64,000 nucleotides of DNA from Takakia lepidozioides (Eukaryota; Plantae; Bryophyta), in assembly GCA_030704615.1 (NCBI GenBank), contig CM060731.1:30938001-31002000 (forward strand), in the 5' to 3' direction. Numbering within the stretch: position 1 is the stretch's first letter; the number at the start of each line of letters is the position of its first letter. This document shows, piece after piece, positions 49,489 to 64,000 of this stretch. The translations under genes and the position numbers were made by a program. Below the pieces are notes generated by a model. That model ran no database searches, had not been told where the DNA came from, and saw only the letters and a program-made list of their open reading frames with translations.

Positions 49489-51715
49489 TGGTAAAGTGTC
49501 CTAATAATGCTCACTTTCAGCATGCACCTGTCACATTTTGCTTAACCTAATGGAATTTCAAATTATTTTTTACATGGGTCTTTATTTCTTACAGGTGGCA
49601 ACCCATAAATATTTTTCATTATGTAAAATCTATTAAATTGAGAATAACCCATCAGGTTTTCATGCAGTGGGTATGGGATCTCTGGAAACGTAGAAAAAAT
49701 CCCTAATATTGCGCACTTGATTGCGCACGCATTCAAATGCGCAATATTAGGACATGACACATTTTCTTCAAGCTTTCTTCGCATCAGTACATTGAAAATC
49801 CCATAGACATCCTCTGAATCCATGACTACATCCTAGAGATGCATTGATCAGGTAACTGGAGAAGATATCTTGATAAAGTTTCAGTGAGGTTTCTAGTTTC
49901 TGCTAACTTTGTCAACTATTTCCAAGCAATAATGTCCTGGAACAAACCATAATGACAAATGAAAAGTAACCATATCATAGAAAACATGAAGAGAGGAGCA
50001 ATTCTGCTGATGGCTAGCTTTGTGAATAATTGCTTTAGAAGTCCGGAACGGAAACTCTGCAAAGCTGAGTGGCAAATAAAAGACAACACTAATATACGAT
50101 GGTTCAATCATGAAAGTATGATACACCACGTTGAGAATTAATAGAAAACAGCGCAACAAATGTGGGTTCTGAAACTAATTTTCTTGTTCGCTTAAAAAAT
50201 GGCATTGTTTAGCAATGTATCCATTTGCCATGATAAAGTTGCCAGAGAACACATTCCTTCCTGTGAAGGCATGACATTCTATCTATTTTCTATGTTTGCC
50301 AGGTTAGCAAATCCTGATGTAGAATCTCTCTCACACAATGAATCATGTTAAACATAGTCATCCCTTGTTCATTCCCTCATCGCCAAAGAACTGGTACATA
50401 ATTTGATAGATCTAGCAGAAATATGTAGCCATTCTTTGATGTTGTTGCACCATGCACCAGCATAACACCAATGTCTTTTATGCTCTTGGTGACCTGAAAT
50501 TGAAACACATTGTTTACCATTTGTACGGGGCCCGTGTTGGCCTTTGAGAGCACTCCCTTGCCCTTGTGCAGAAGCTTGAAATTCTCATCATTGAATCTCT
50601 TCCCATAAATGATTTCCCACAGTCACCGCCCTGCCTGCAAATATGGAGAAACTCTCAAAACTTGCATACATTTTGATCTCCAACAAAGTCATTCATGAAT
50701 TGCTGTAATTCAGGATAATTGGTGGATAGGCCATGCTACGCTGCCACACTCCGTTGAGGGGACCAATGTCAGGAATGAGACCATTGAAGAGCCAATGTGC
50801 TCTCTGAAGAGATATTGTGGTCACGTCAATTTCGTAGGACACTTTTATCCTGTTCATAGGTGTTTCCCCAACCAGATCCTCCCAGGCATACCTCTTGAAA
50901 TTACTCCATTACTAAGATAAGTAAGCCTATGTTTGTTTCAATGTACGGGTGGTAGTCTAAGGTGCAATGTAAACGTGACTCTTCTGACGTTAATCCCTAA
51001 TCTGGACCATATTTGGAGCGGAAATCTACTGACACTAAACGCCTCGAAATACTCTATTAGCATGGCACATCCAGTGCCCAAAATGTGGGATTCACTAGAG
51101 AGAAGGTCTGTACACAGGTTACAGATCCAGTAGCCTTGCAAAGCAAATATCCCATTTGTCAGAGATGAGAGAGACATAGGAAGGAGAGGAGCAAAGAAAA
51201 AGACAAAATCCTTGAGATTCCGAACCCCAGAATGAAGATTAAGAACCATAGACATGTAGACATTGGACCTTAGAATGTCGAATGTCGAATTTAGAATGTC
51301 GAATGTAGACATTAGACCTTATGCCCTAGCTCTCCTTGCAGCCACAGACTAAAACTCAAGGGCAGAAAAGGGGGAAAGGGAAGAAGTACCTGGATTCGTT
51401 TGTCCCAGAAAGAATGTGAGGCTGCAGATATAGAATGTGAGCTTCTATATGTAGGATTGCTCCTTGGCGACCTTCTATGTAATTGCTTTGCCAGGTCGAT
51501 GGAGTTCACGCCATGGCCATGGCCGATCTCATGGTCTAAGCAGAGACGGGAAGCAACAAGGGCAGGAAGCGCATGGATGAATGCATGGAAGTGACAGGTA
51601 GAATGTGGATGGAATGTGCTGGATGATAACGTATAACATTCATCCAAACTGTGCAATCAGGTGCGCAATATTGGGAACATTGTTGAGAACTGCGCAATAT
51701 TAGGAGGCTTTACCA
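49489..51715. mobile_element. Non-autonomous TIR element flanked by TA (Tc1/mariner-pogo-like)
   Basis: TA|TGGTAAAGTGTCCTAATAATGC at the left and GCAATATTAGGAGGCTTTACCA|TA at the right. Subterminal AATATTGCGCA repeats at 49700-49755 and 51660-51702. Confidence 0.65.
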
Positions 51716-52227
51716 TACTACAAAATTTACCTTCGATTTTATACTGACGGATGATTTTTCTATGATGGATGATTTCATGGAGTCTGCATATCTGTTCCTA
51801 GTCTAACATCGATAGAGAGGCCGTGAAACAGGAGCAGCAGTACTGCTGCGTGCCCGAGAGATTCTCATGCTGGGATCTGACATTTTGATTACGTAGGGCT
51901 ATGTGAAGAGGATTACTTTATACTTGGCGGTTTTCATTTAAGTTAATGCTGGGTATGGCCTGGTGCTATTGATGAGCTCTGGCATGAAAGTGGGAGAGAA
52001 AAAAAACTTGCAGCAAATTCATAGAGGAAGTGAAAGAGCAGAGTGACGTATAGTACAACATTCCATTATTAGGCCAAATATGGTCTCAATTCTTAACTTT
52101 CAACAGCCTCGCTGTGGATGAGAAATGCTTTTGCATGAGTAAGACCTACATATGTAACAAATGCTTTCACAATCTAATTCTTTACAACCTCAATCTTACA
52201 AAACAGCCATTGCTTGGCCCTAAACAA

Positions 52228-54971
<2,744 letters not shown>

Positions 54972-55129
54972 CTATCCCGCAAATCCCTCTCTACAGCTCT
55001 CAAATTCGCGCAAGCATCAGTAATGCTGCGAGGGATGCGTACTAGTAGGGGATCACGAGCAACCAGATAACACACACAGACCCCAAAGCCAATACGTGCT
55101 GCGCTGCCAGATTCCGTGGAGGTCAGGCC

Positions 55130-55228
55130 GCCACGTTGACATATCGACATTCCTCTTGGAATCCGTCACTGACTAATCCTCTGCAGAGCAGTTCTAGACG
55201 AAACACTTCCCCTTTATTCACACGTGGC
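55130..55228. promoter_or_regulatory. G-box/ABRE-type motifs upstream of FtsH2
   Basis: GCCACGT at 55130 and CACGTGGC at 55221, 230-330 bp upstream of the ATG. Short motifs, so function is not shown. Confidence 0.35.
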
Positions 55229-56665
55229 AAGGATCAGTCGTGGAATTGTGCAGAATCGACCCCCGCGATGACGAGCAGATACGGTCAATTTAGGACTCAT
55301 CGTATTTTGGGGGTAATTGTTCGGTACATGCGCATGATTCTTGCTATAATGTCCACCCCAAGAGCCGTGGTGTCGGCCCGAAGAAAGGGAGGGTGGTTGT
55401 GGTGGGTGCGGCCATGGCCATGCCACACAGTTGCCGTGCACAGCTGCCTCCACGCTTGCCCGCGCTCTGCCTTGCTGTTGCCGCTACCCTGCCTGGGGTC
55501 CCACAAGCTTTGCGAGATCTTCACACCTGCGACTGTGATTAGCTGGGAAGAGAACCACAGACCTTTGCTTTTGGATTTCTGATTCGATGAATCTTCACAC
55601 TCGGGAGAAGAATCTTAATTGTGAAAATGTAGCTACGATGAAATGAAGTGGCAAAGTTCAATTTCTGGCAGATGCTTGCTCATCAGTGGCAAGGTTGGTT
55701 TTGGATCGGTGAGGTGATCCTGGTTTGGTTATGTGGTCACGTTGCCTGATCCACACGTCCCTAGTTCCTGGCTGGAAAGAGAACCTCTCAGAACTTTCTT
55801 CACTTCGTATAAGTATGTACTTTGGGTGGTCTTGTAACGCATGATCAAAGACTAGGCTGTTGTGGAAGCAGCGGAGCACCAGGAGTGGTGGATGTCCGCG
55901 TCACAGGCATGGCCCAATTTGTGGGTTTTCGTGACTGGTGTACAGGCCTGCATGACCAGTTTCGAGGCGTAGGTATTGCCATCATTACTGGGTTCATGTT
56001 TATGTAAAGGCAACGAAGCATTCCCCTACTGGTGCCACAGTTGAGACAGTGCCGCTAGCTAATTCGATACTCACAGAACCCTCGTCTTGTTAATGCAAAT
56101 CTCTCTCTCTCGCCGTTCAGAGTTTCTTCTCCCCTAACTCCCATACTCTTCCCCATCATTGAAGGGAGCCTTTGGCAATGCAAATGGCCTGCAGTGTTAC
56201 TTCTTTTTGAGCCCTTATGCTCCCTTCAAAACCGGGAAGGGATTTATACACAGAAGCCAACTCGCATGAATGGAATGGAGCTATTTCCTCTCTCTCTCTC
56301 TCTCAGGCTTTTCGAGACTGACCAAGTATAGCCATTCGCCACTCTTAAACCTAACTCCACCAAGATGAATCAAGGAGGAAAAAGAAAGTTTCCAGAGAGC
56401 CTGCCAACAAATCCTTCAATTGCGGAATCGGAAACTGCGTGTCGGTCCGCGCTAACGTGAGTGTAGCTTCAATTCTGTAAATGCTCGTGGGTTTCGGGCC
56501 CCAAACCAGCCTTCGCTAAGAGAGAGTCAAGCACAAGGGAGCTAAAGATAGTCACGGCAGACAGAGGAGGGATTTGAGGGGAAGATTGAACACATGCGAT
56601 CATGACAGTCGATTCCTTGTAGCTTCCAAAGTGTTCTTCTCCACAACGATTGCGTTTGGGCCCAA

Positions 56666-59600
56666 ATGGCAGGTGCATGGGATGGCACACTCTCACCTGG
56701 ACAATTCCAGGCAGCAGCCTTACATTTTATGGACACATGGGAATCGCACTGCCCTGATCTTCCCCGCTGGCAGTGGCATGCGTCGGCTTCAGTCACGTCC
56801 TCGGTCACTTTCTCTAATTTAGTACGTGAGCATTGAGTTTGAGATGGAATCAAGACTGGATAGAATAAATCGAATTTCTTGTTCGAAATCATCTGTACTA
56901 AAGAAGAATTTGTAGCAACTAGTCGTTTCTCATGCTGCGGATGCATCATAGGTCATTCTCAGTGAATAAAGATCTGATCCTCTCTATTATGACGTTTTCC
57001 AGTCTCCTCATACTTGATGGATGCCGAGATAAAAGTTGTTGGATTCTTGAATTGGGGTCCATCATCTGCAAGCCTGCAAAGTTTGCCATACCTCCATTGG
57101 TCTCTCAACAACGAGTGTTGAAATCAGTCTATAAACTTACAAATGCTATAATTCCCATGCACGGTTTTAAGTGCAAAGACTGAGACGATGTGAGTTCTAG
57201 AGAGAAGACTCCGGCCAGAGCCTGCGTAACTAGAGCCACTTCACCTTGCTGTGAGTTCTACATCTCTTTATGTGACCATGGAAATATCCCAGAACATTAG
57301 TTCTCAGTTTCCTCACCATGAATTATTGACTTTTTCAATCGATTTGACACATGTGTTTTGCAGGCTGCAGGGTATTTGGTGCTTGAGGATGTGTTCCATG
57401 GATCCCAGCACAAGGTAAGAAATCAAGTGGTGTGAACATGAAATGAAATGAAATGAAATAGTGCTTTATAACGTCCGCGGAAAGCTCATAGAGCTTATGG
57501 AACAAAATGGAAGAAAACATGAGAGAGGAACAAATCCAGAAACCACAATTAATGTTCTAGCGATTGTCTAAGGGTGAAGGCCTCGTGCAGGTAGGCTGCC
57601 AAGCATTTTTGATCCTCATAGTGGAAGACATCGGTGAGAGTTTGGGTTCCACTGAATAAACAGTGGAATCTCCCACGGATCTCGTAGTATAGAGGGCAGT
57701 AGAAGAAGAAGTGTTCTTCAGTTTCAATTTCCTTGCTGCGCCCTATGCAAGCTGGACATAGGCGGTCCTCCCGTTGCAGGTTTTCCCATCTGCCAGTCTC
57801 TATCCGTAGGTTGTGGGAACCCACCCTGAACCGCCCCAATGCCCTCAGGAGGGAAGGAGATAAGGGTGCTGAAAGGTAATTTGGTCTCAAGATTCTATCA
57901 TCGCGGAGCACCAAGAATGTCTCTCGATAGAAGTGGAGCTTTGTCGTGAGATTGGGTAGCTTTCAAGTTCTCTTGACATGTAATTCCATAAGCTCTCTCC
58001 TAATGAGTCTGTTGCGGTCATGTCTGGATGTGATGTCCACCTCATCTGGGTTCATTGGTAATAGGAAAGCAGTAGAAAGTCCGTTACGTTGAAATAAACT
58101 GTCCACTCGAGCATACCAGGAGTTCCTGAAACCTGCAGCTTTGAGCCTCATAGATGTTGTGAGGGCCCTTGCCACTAGCCCTTTGGGTGGAAGGGCCTGC
58201 AATCTATGGAGAAAGATTGTAAGCCTGAAGAGGGCCTCGGATTGCAATGGTACACATGCGAACTCTGCACCTAGGATCTGAAATGGAGTTGTGTTCCTGG
58301 CGCCAAGCATTGCTTGGAGAAAAGATGACTGTAATGGTTCCAAATTCTTTTCCCACCAGGAGACAGGGACACCAGGTGCCCAGAACTCACAACCATAGAT
58401 GGTAGCAGGGCTGACGACGGTGTCAAACAGCCACTTTTTGGTCGGGGGATGCCGCAGATGTATTTGCTTGCATTTGGCCTGAAGGCGGACAGAGGCCGCC
58501 TTACCTTTAGTCAATCTGTTCAAGGCAGTGGCTGCAAAGTGAAACTTGGGGGAGTGGATAACCAGACCCAGGTACCGGTATGATTTCACAATCTCAATTT
58601 CCTGCTGGTTGAAGATGAATCTACGATCAGCCTGGCCATTGAAGACCATGATCTTGGTCTTGCTAAGATTGACTTGCATCCCATAGTCTTTGCAGAACTG
58701 TTCCAAAATTTTGAGATGGCGTTGCAGAAAGACCGGGGATTGTGCCAAAAGGGCAACATCATCAGCGTAGAGGAGATCTGATTGGGTTGGTCCCCCATCC
58801 AATGGTACCCCAACCCCATGGTTTTTTGATATGTAATTCTCCAAGGCGTCAATGTAGATCCCGAACAGGGTAGGTGAAAGGGGGCAGCCCTGTTTGACTC
58901 CAATGTTGCTGTGGATCTCGGCTGAGAATTCACCAGCGACGTTGACCATGCCAGTGACAATCTCATACATAGAAGAGATGGCACAAAGGATGTCTGGAGG
59001 GACTTCCACTCTATGGAGCCGTTGGAAGAGAAGGTCCCGAGGAACTGAATCAAAGGCTTTGTGAAACTCCACGAAGCAAACATAGACCATTCTTTTGTCA
59101 TAGCGTGCACTTTCCACCATAACCTGAAGAGTGAAGATGTGGTCAATAGTGGATCTGTTGCGTCGGAAACCAGCCTGTCCCTCAGCACAAATGCGAGAGG
59201 ACTCAGCCCAATCATCCAGTTCCATGGCCACTACTGCCCCAAACAGTTTAGCAAGTAATGACGACACCATGATAGTACGATAGTTTGTCGGTGCGAGCCT
59301 GTGACCGCTCTTGAAAAGTGGGTGGATGATGCTCTTTGTCCACTCTGTTGGAAAGCCCCGTTGCACCACCTCATTGAAGAGGTTAGCTATAAAAGGGGCT
59401 AAAGTAGGTGCAGCATGCTTGATGAATTCACTCTGAAGTCCTGAAATGTCCACTGCTCTGCCATTTTGCAGCTTCTTGATTGCCTTACTGACATTGGCCG
59501 TAGTAAAGAGAGAGAAGTGAAGGGGTTTAGAGGTTATAGGAGAAGGAGTTTGGGTTGGGGAATGGTACAAAGACTGTGCATACTCATGCCAGACGTGAAT

Positions 59601-62281
59601 GTCAGTGATTGGGGGGGGGTCTCTATGAGGTTTAAGGAGGGACCAAAAAGAACGAGGAGAAAATCTGATTTTAGCAAGGAAAGAAGATTGCAACTTGATA
59701 GTGTAGGCTTGCTTTTGGGATCTAATGAGGGACTTATAGTGCTTAAGAGCAAGATTAGTGGACTCTGGAGAAGAATTGGTATCAAGTAGTAAAGATTTGA
59801 TGTGACGTCTAGCAGTCTTGCATTCCTCATCATAAAATGGTGCGTAACGACGAGTGGAGAAGGGTGAGGAGGTAGATGGAAGGGTGACGGGAAAGGATCG
59901 CAGGGCTGAGTCCCTACTCGGCATCGTGTAAGTGAGAGAAAGGGTTATTAAAGTGGATACGTGGGTGTAAGGGAAGAGAAGCAGAGGGAATCCTCACGGG
60001 GAGGGAGATGGAAGGAAATGCAAAGGAAAGGCAAGAGTGATCAGAATCCGGGTACCTCGTGATGTAAAAGGACCTTATTCTATCAGACTTGTTGGGGCTC
60101 CCCAAGAGATAGTCAACCACGCTTTGGCCCTTGTACGTGTGGCAAGTGAACTGGCTGGAGGATTTGAAATTGGTTGTTCCATTGTAAATGGCAAGCCCCT
60201 GAACATGGTGCACCACCCATGTTGCACTGGGCCTCTATTCTGTGTGTAAGTCACTGAAGGCTGGAAGTACTGTAAAATTGGTGCTTTCTTGAAGGAATCG
60301 TCACGAAGAGCCCATGGTCTGGAAAACAACTGCAGCAATGCATTGACTTTGCATAAGTCATTACTATGTCTTTAATCTCATAGATAAGGGGTTGCATGTC
60401 ATGCAGGATCTCTTTGAAGAGGCCCACGAAGTTGATGATGATGATGAGCCTATAGACATCGCCACCATGGTAGGCCACCTCATAGTCATTCTATAGGCTT
60501 GTTGAACAATGTTGATATCTCCCCCATTATGAGATGTCCTTTGGATCGGTGTCCATTTGTCGGCCTGCAGTTCATATTGCCAAACTTGCAGCATTGATTG
60601 CTTGCAAAGGTATTGGGGGAACAGAACACAATAAGGAGTTTCCATGTTCACAGGAGAGAAGTACCTCTGCACTGCAGAGACAGGGATCAATTCCTATCCA
60701 TGGCGCCTGATGTGTACATCAGGATCCCCTTTTCCTGCATATATTGGAAAAGGTGGCTTTGCCCGTGTTGGAGGTACCGCCATCTGTGGCCCTACCCCCT
60801 GCCCTCTGACAGGTGCTGGTCCTCCTGTAGGTGCTGGTCCTTGAGGACCTGCTGTTGTAGTGGTGGAACTCCCACCAGGTGTTGGCCCCTGAGCACTCCC
60901 TGCTACTGGCCCCCCTGTACTTGCATGTTCTACAACTTTTCATGCTTGTGGTAGAGAGAAGTGTATATTGAGGGTTGACAGAAAGTGGCTCCACAACGAT
61001 GCTGGGAAATAGCCTGTCAAGACTGAATCATGCTAATGTGGTAGTCGTCTCATTGTGAAGGCCGGATGGCAATCGAATGAAAGAGAGGAGCACTGGTACA
61101 CGTATCATGTGATCTACAACGAGTCATATAAAGTGCCCATGCTTTTTATCCATGGTCGCTTCTCTGGTGTGCTCTCTCCCTGTGCCTGATTGTTGATTGA
61201 ACACAAACAATTGAAAACAATCCGATTTCAGGTATGGGTTGATGCATAGGAGAATGGGGGACTCCTAAGGGAATACATTCAATAGTAAAAATCTATGACT
61301 TTTGACTGTACTAAAACCGCATCTCTTTCTTTTTGGAGGGTTCCCCATGTGCACACGCTTTCAACACACTTGTCACTATGATAATTCTTAAAAAGTTAAG
61401 AAAGCCACGCAGCACCTGAGTGGTAAATGAGGAATGGCAAAGTGGCACAAGATAGCAGCCACTGGAAATGTGCAATAAATTGTAAACAACATCAAACAAT
61501 GACAACATCTGCAGATGGAAGGCCGCTGCATTGGCACCATGTATGCCGTGACTTGCCTGTGGAGTCGCAGGAAATCAGCCATACAAATCACTGGACCTTT
61601 TTGACACAACAGGTATCCTCTTGTTATGTTCTATTGGGACCATTCCAAGCTGGCTTGGCTTTAGGCCAGCTCTTTGTCGATGAAAGAATAGACAGTGATG
61701 GTCAACAAGCTCTGTGACATGTGGTAGTTCTTTACACTTGTGTGCTTGGAACACATCTTAGAAAGACATGAAATGAAATGAAATGAAATGGTTACTTTTT
61801 ACCTCTTAGAAAGGACGAATGTAACTTTATAGCTTCCAGAGGCAAAATTTTGTCCAAGCAGGACTGAAAAAGATGCATCAGACAAGAACTTATGGAACTT
61901 CATGTCAGGCAAACATGAAATGGAAGAGAGATTGGAGCAAACTGTTCTGACATGGAAGTTAAGTGGGGATGGCAGGATCACCCGTACTTGCGCCGGCCGT
62001 GGTTTGCATTACATCCTTGTGGAACTAGTAGCATTATGAGTTTGGTCTTCTCAAACAAACGTCCGTCGAAGACTGGATACTCCAACAAGACTCACTTTCA
62101 GATTCCTTCTGAAAATGAGACACATGGTCTCAAACAGGATGCTGAGGGTGGTGGGGAGCAGGAGATGCAAGGAGCTAGTTTCACTGCGAAATATATTCTG
62201 ATATGGTTATCTTTTGTTGGCCCCACCATTGGTCTCGATATTCCATCTTGCATTTTCAAAGTTCTCGTTCAATGCAGGTGA
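56666..62281 (+). CDS. ATG10: Autophagy E2-like conjugating enzyme ATG10, about 259 aa
   Basis: Phase-consistent exons: 56666-56821, 57364-57414, 60407-60469, 61061-61166, 61515-61612, 61976-62281. Peptides WDGTLS, GYLVLE, YHVIYNESYKVPML, WTFLTQQDHPYLRRPWFALHPCGT (catalytic HPC), YILIWLSFVGPTIGL. An extra small exon near 60295-60355 is possible. Confidence 0.88.
57441..60199 (-). mobile_element. 5'-truncated non-LTR retrotransposon (LINE, RTEX-like by inference) in ATG10 intron 2
   Basis: End of the APE endonuclease (SVVDYLL, SDHS), RT (NYRTI, QAGFR, KAFDSV, GVKQGCPLSPTLF, LLYADD, YRYLG) and a C-terminal CxxC...H...C knuckle. (CATTT)n tail. TSD TGAACATG at 57433-57440 and 60200-60207. One frameshift near 59920, an in-frame TGA at 57963, and D>E in FVEFHKAFD. 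Confidence 0.93.
60700..60910 (-). mobile_element. Short Ty3/gypsy gag-like fragment in an ATG10 intron
   Basis: Minus frame reads GPQGPAPTGGPAPV...KPPFPIYAGKGDPDVHIRR, resembling the gag N-terminal P.F.G..DP..HI..F motif. Confidence 0.45.
61766..61803 (-). mobile_element. Tail-only LINE insertion
   Basis: (AAATG)4 plus ~13 nt, flanked by the 10-bp direct repeat TCTTAGAAAG at 61756-61765 and 61804-61813. Confidence 0.6.
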
Positions 62282-62858
62282 CTATCAAACCACTCATAGC
62301 TTGCAGGGCGTAGGGGGTTGCAGGAAATGGTGAATAAGTGACATGCAGCAAGGCGTGTCTCTCTCTTTCTTTTGTGCAGATTCAGCTGAGACATCAAATC
62401 AAACCAGTTGAAATTGTATATTACTGCCTCAAATGTCTAGTCAAGCACATCTGTAAACCCATCATCTTGTTTTAGTTTGGGTTCCAGTGTGTAAAAGTTT
62501 CCAGAGACGATATGTGATGCTCTGGCAGAGAACTATTTTTCAGCCCTCCTCAACGAAAGATAAGCACATAGTCTACATTTTGTCAGAAAGATATTTGGAA
62601 TTCGGTGAGTCATTGGTGGACAAAGTATGGATCAATAGCATTTATGGTTGAACCAAGGAGACTGGTGGCTGGGCTTTCTTGGGCTGTGGTAAGTTCCACA
62701 AGCTATAACCAAGGAGGTAGAATATATTAGGAAGTAGAAACTTGTCCAGTGTTCAAAGTAGGCCTTGTGAGTGTAGTCTGTCGTCAGAAGTCACTCCAGA
62801 TCAGATTTCATGTCAGGAGATGAAATGCAAGAGAGGACCTCAGTGCCAAGAAAATAAT

Positions 62859-62966
62859 ACTTAATAACGTCCGCGGGACCTCAGCTCTTTGAGCTTCCCG
62901 CTTTGGCCATAAGCTCTTTGAGCTTCCCGCGGACGTTATTAAGTGTCATTTCATTTCAATTCATTT
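62859..62966 (+). mobile_element. Very short 3' end of the same LINE family with a rearranged 5' junction
   Basis: CCATAAGCTCTTTGAGCTTCCCGCGGACGTTAT...(CATTT)n matches the reverse complement of 57441-57500. Confidence 0.8.
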
Positions 62967-63554
62967 CTGCTCCACCTGCTGGCCCACCTGCCCCAACTGA
63001 CCTCTCCACACATCCTCCTCAAAGACAGCTTTTGATACACAGTGCTCGTATCTTCCTATCAGATGGATCCCAGATGGTGATGGAAGGCCAGTCACGGGTG
63101 TGATGGCCCTGACAATCTATGCGCAAGTGGCCATTCTTAGTAGTCACTCCTCTGCAACCGACGTGGCGGTTCCCATAGCATTTCCACAGATTGGATGGCA
63201 TACAAGTCATGTAGTGGCACCACGTACACCCTTTGTCCACATCTATGCCTGCATTTCCATCTCTCATATCTGCATTAGTCCGAGGTTTTGGGAGATGGAA
63301 GAAGGAGACGAAGCAACCTTACGCTTGTTTTTCTAGTGATGTGATAGAATGGTTTCTCAGTGGTTTATTCATACAGGGTAAAACTTCATAGTACTCAGAT
63401 TTCAAGGACCATGAACGCACTCTCTACATGTGAGCCACACATAGACTCCCACCAGATGGCTGGCAGCAAGATGAGAGGAGGGATAGAAACTGGGAAAAGG
63501 GGAAGGGAAAGGGACCAAAATGTGTGCCATTAAATTCTCCAGAGGATAAGATTA

Positions 63555-63786
63555 CTCCTGTAGTGGAACGTACTTTTATAGACAAACTCGGCGAAAGAGA
63601 AATGCAACTTGAGTGAGAGAGATTTGCATGCTTCAGAAACTCTGCTTACTTGGGGACCATAGACAAAACCCTCCTGTAGTGGAACGTACTTTTGTAGACA
63701 AACTTGGCGAAAGATAAATGCAACTTGAGTGAGAGAGATTTGCATACTTCAGAAACTTTGGTAACTTGGGACCATAGAAAAAACCA
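63555..63786. repeat. Tandem duplication, two copies of 116 bp
   Basis: CTCCTGTAGTGGAACGTACTTTT starts at 63555 and at 63671. Confidence 0.92.
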
Positions 63787-64000
63787 ACTAAAAGGTTAAT
63801 TTGGATTATGATGCTCATTGACATACTTGAAACCCAAAATGGTTGGGGTATGGTATATGATTTTGCCATACCTGTAAAAAGGGCAAGTAACCCAGCGACA
63901 TAGCCAGCAATGAGAAGGTTGAGAGAGATGATCCAAAAGATGTTCTGGTATACTGTGTGCTTTGATTTCACAGGTATGTCATCCGCATCGTAGATCACTG
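63633..64000 (-). CDS. 3' end of a putative membrane-protein gene running off the window (PGG-like TM helices, tentative)
   Basis: Open frame with two hydrophobic segments, IFWIISLNLLIAGYVAGLLALF and VSSMSMSIIIQINLLVGFFY. No firm family assignment. Confidence 0.35.
   Translation of the reverse strand, partial: VIYDADDIPVKSKHTVYQNIFWIISLNLLIAGYVAGLLALFTGMAKSYTIPQPFWVSSMSMSIIIQINLLVGFFYGPKLPKFLKYANLSHSSCIYLSPSLSTKVRSTTGGFCLWSPSKQSF

Noticed and set aside
63019-63267. Cys/His-rich minus ORF resembling zinc knuckles (KNGHLRIDC, QGHHTRDWP)
   Set aside because: CCHC spacing is broken. Possibly a gag/ORF1 relic but not supportable.

Overview
Eukaryotic nuclear DNA from a land plant, probably a bryophyte (inferred from intron-rich genes with GT-AG introns and the transposon types present). 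Two gene-rich flanks surround a ~30-kb nest of transposable elements. Left flank: the 3' part of the PCI-domain TREX-2 subunit EER5/THP1 (+, 11 exons, last intron GC-AG) and a complete type I inositol polyphosphate 5-phosphatase (+, 12 coding exons). Right flank: chloroplast FtsH2/VAR2 (-, 4 exons) head-to-head with ATG10 (+, about 6 exons). A 5'-truncated LINE with a (CATTT)n tail sits in ATG10 intron 2. The TE nest (~21.6-51.7 kb) holds a transposase remnant, a large inverted repeat, two solo LTRs, a CACTA element, a Ty1/copia element with TA...TA ends and an internal inversion, a TA-flanked TIR element, several minisatellites and an ABCC gene fragment. The most unusual object is a spliced, slightly decayed gene at ~30.26-34.03 kb. 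By motif pattern it encodes a ParB/Srx-like domain fused to a degenerate beta-class N4/N6 DNA-methyltransferase fold, an architecture typical of phage and prokaryotes. It lies next to an array of ~18 palindromic repeats, and a second ParB-like remnant lies 6 kb upstream. All family assignments come from motif recognition by eye; no searches were run.
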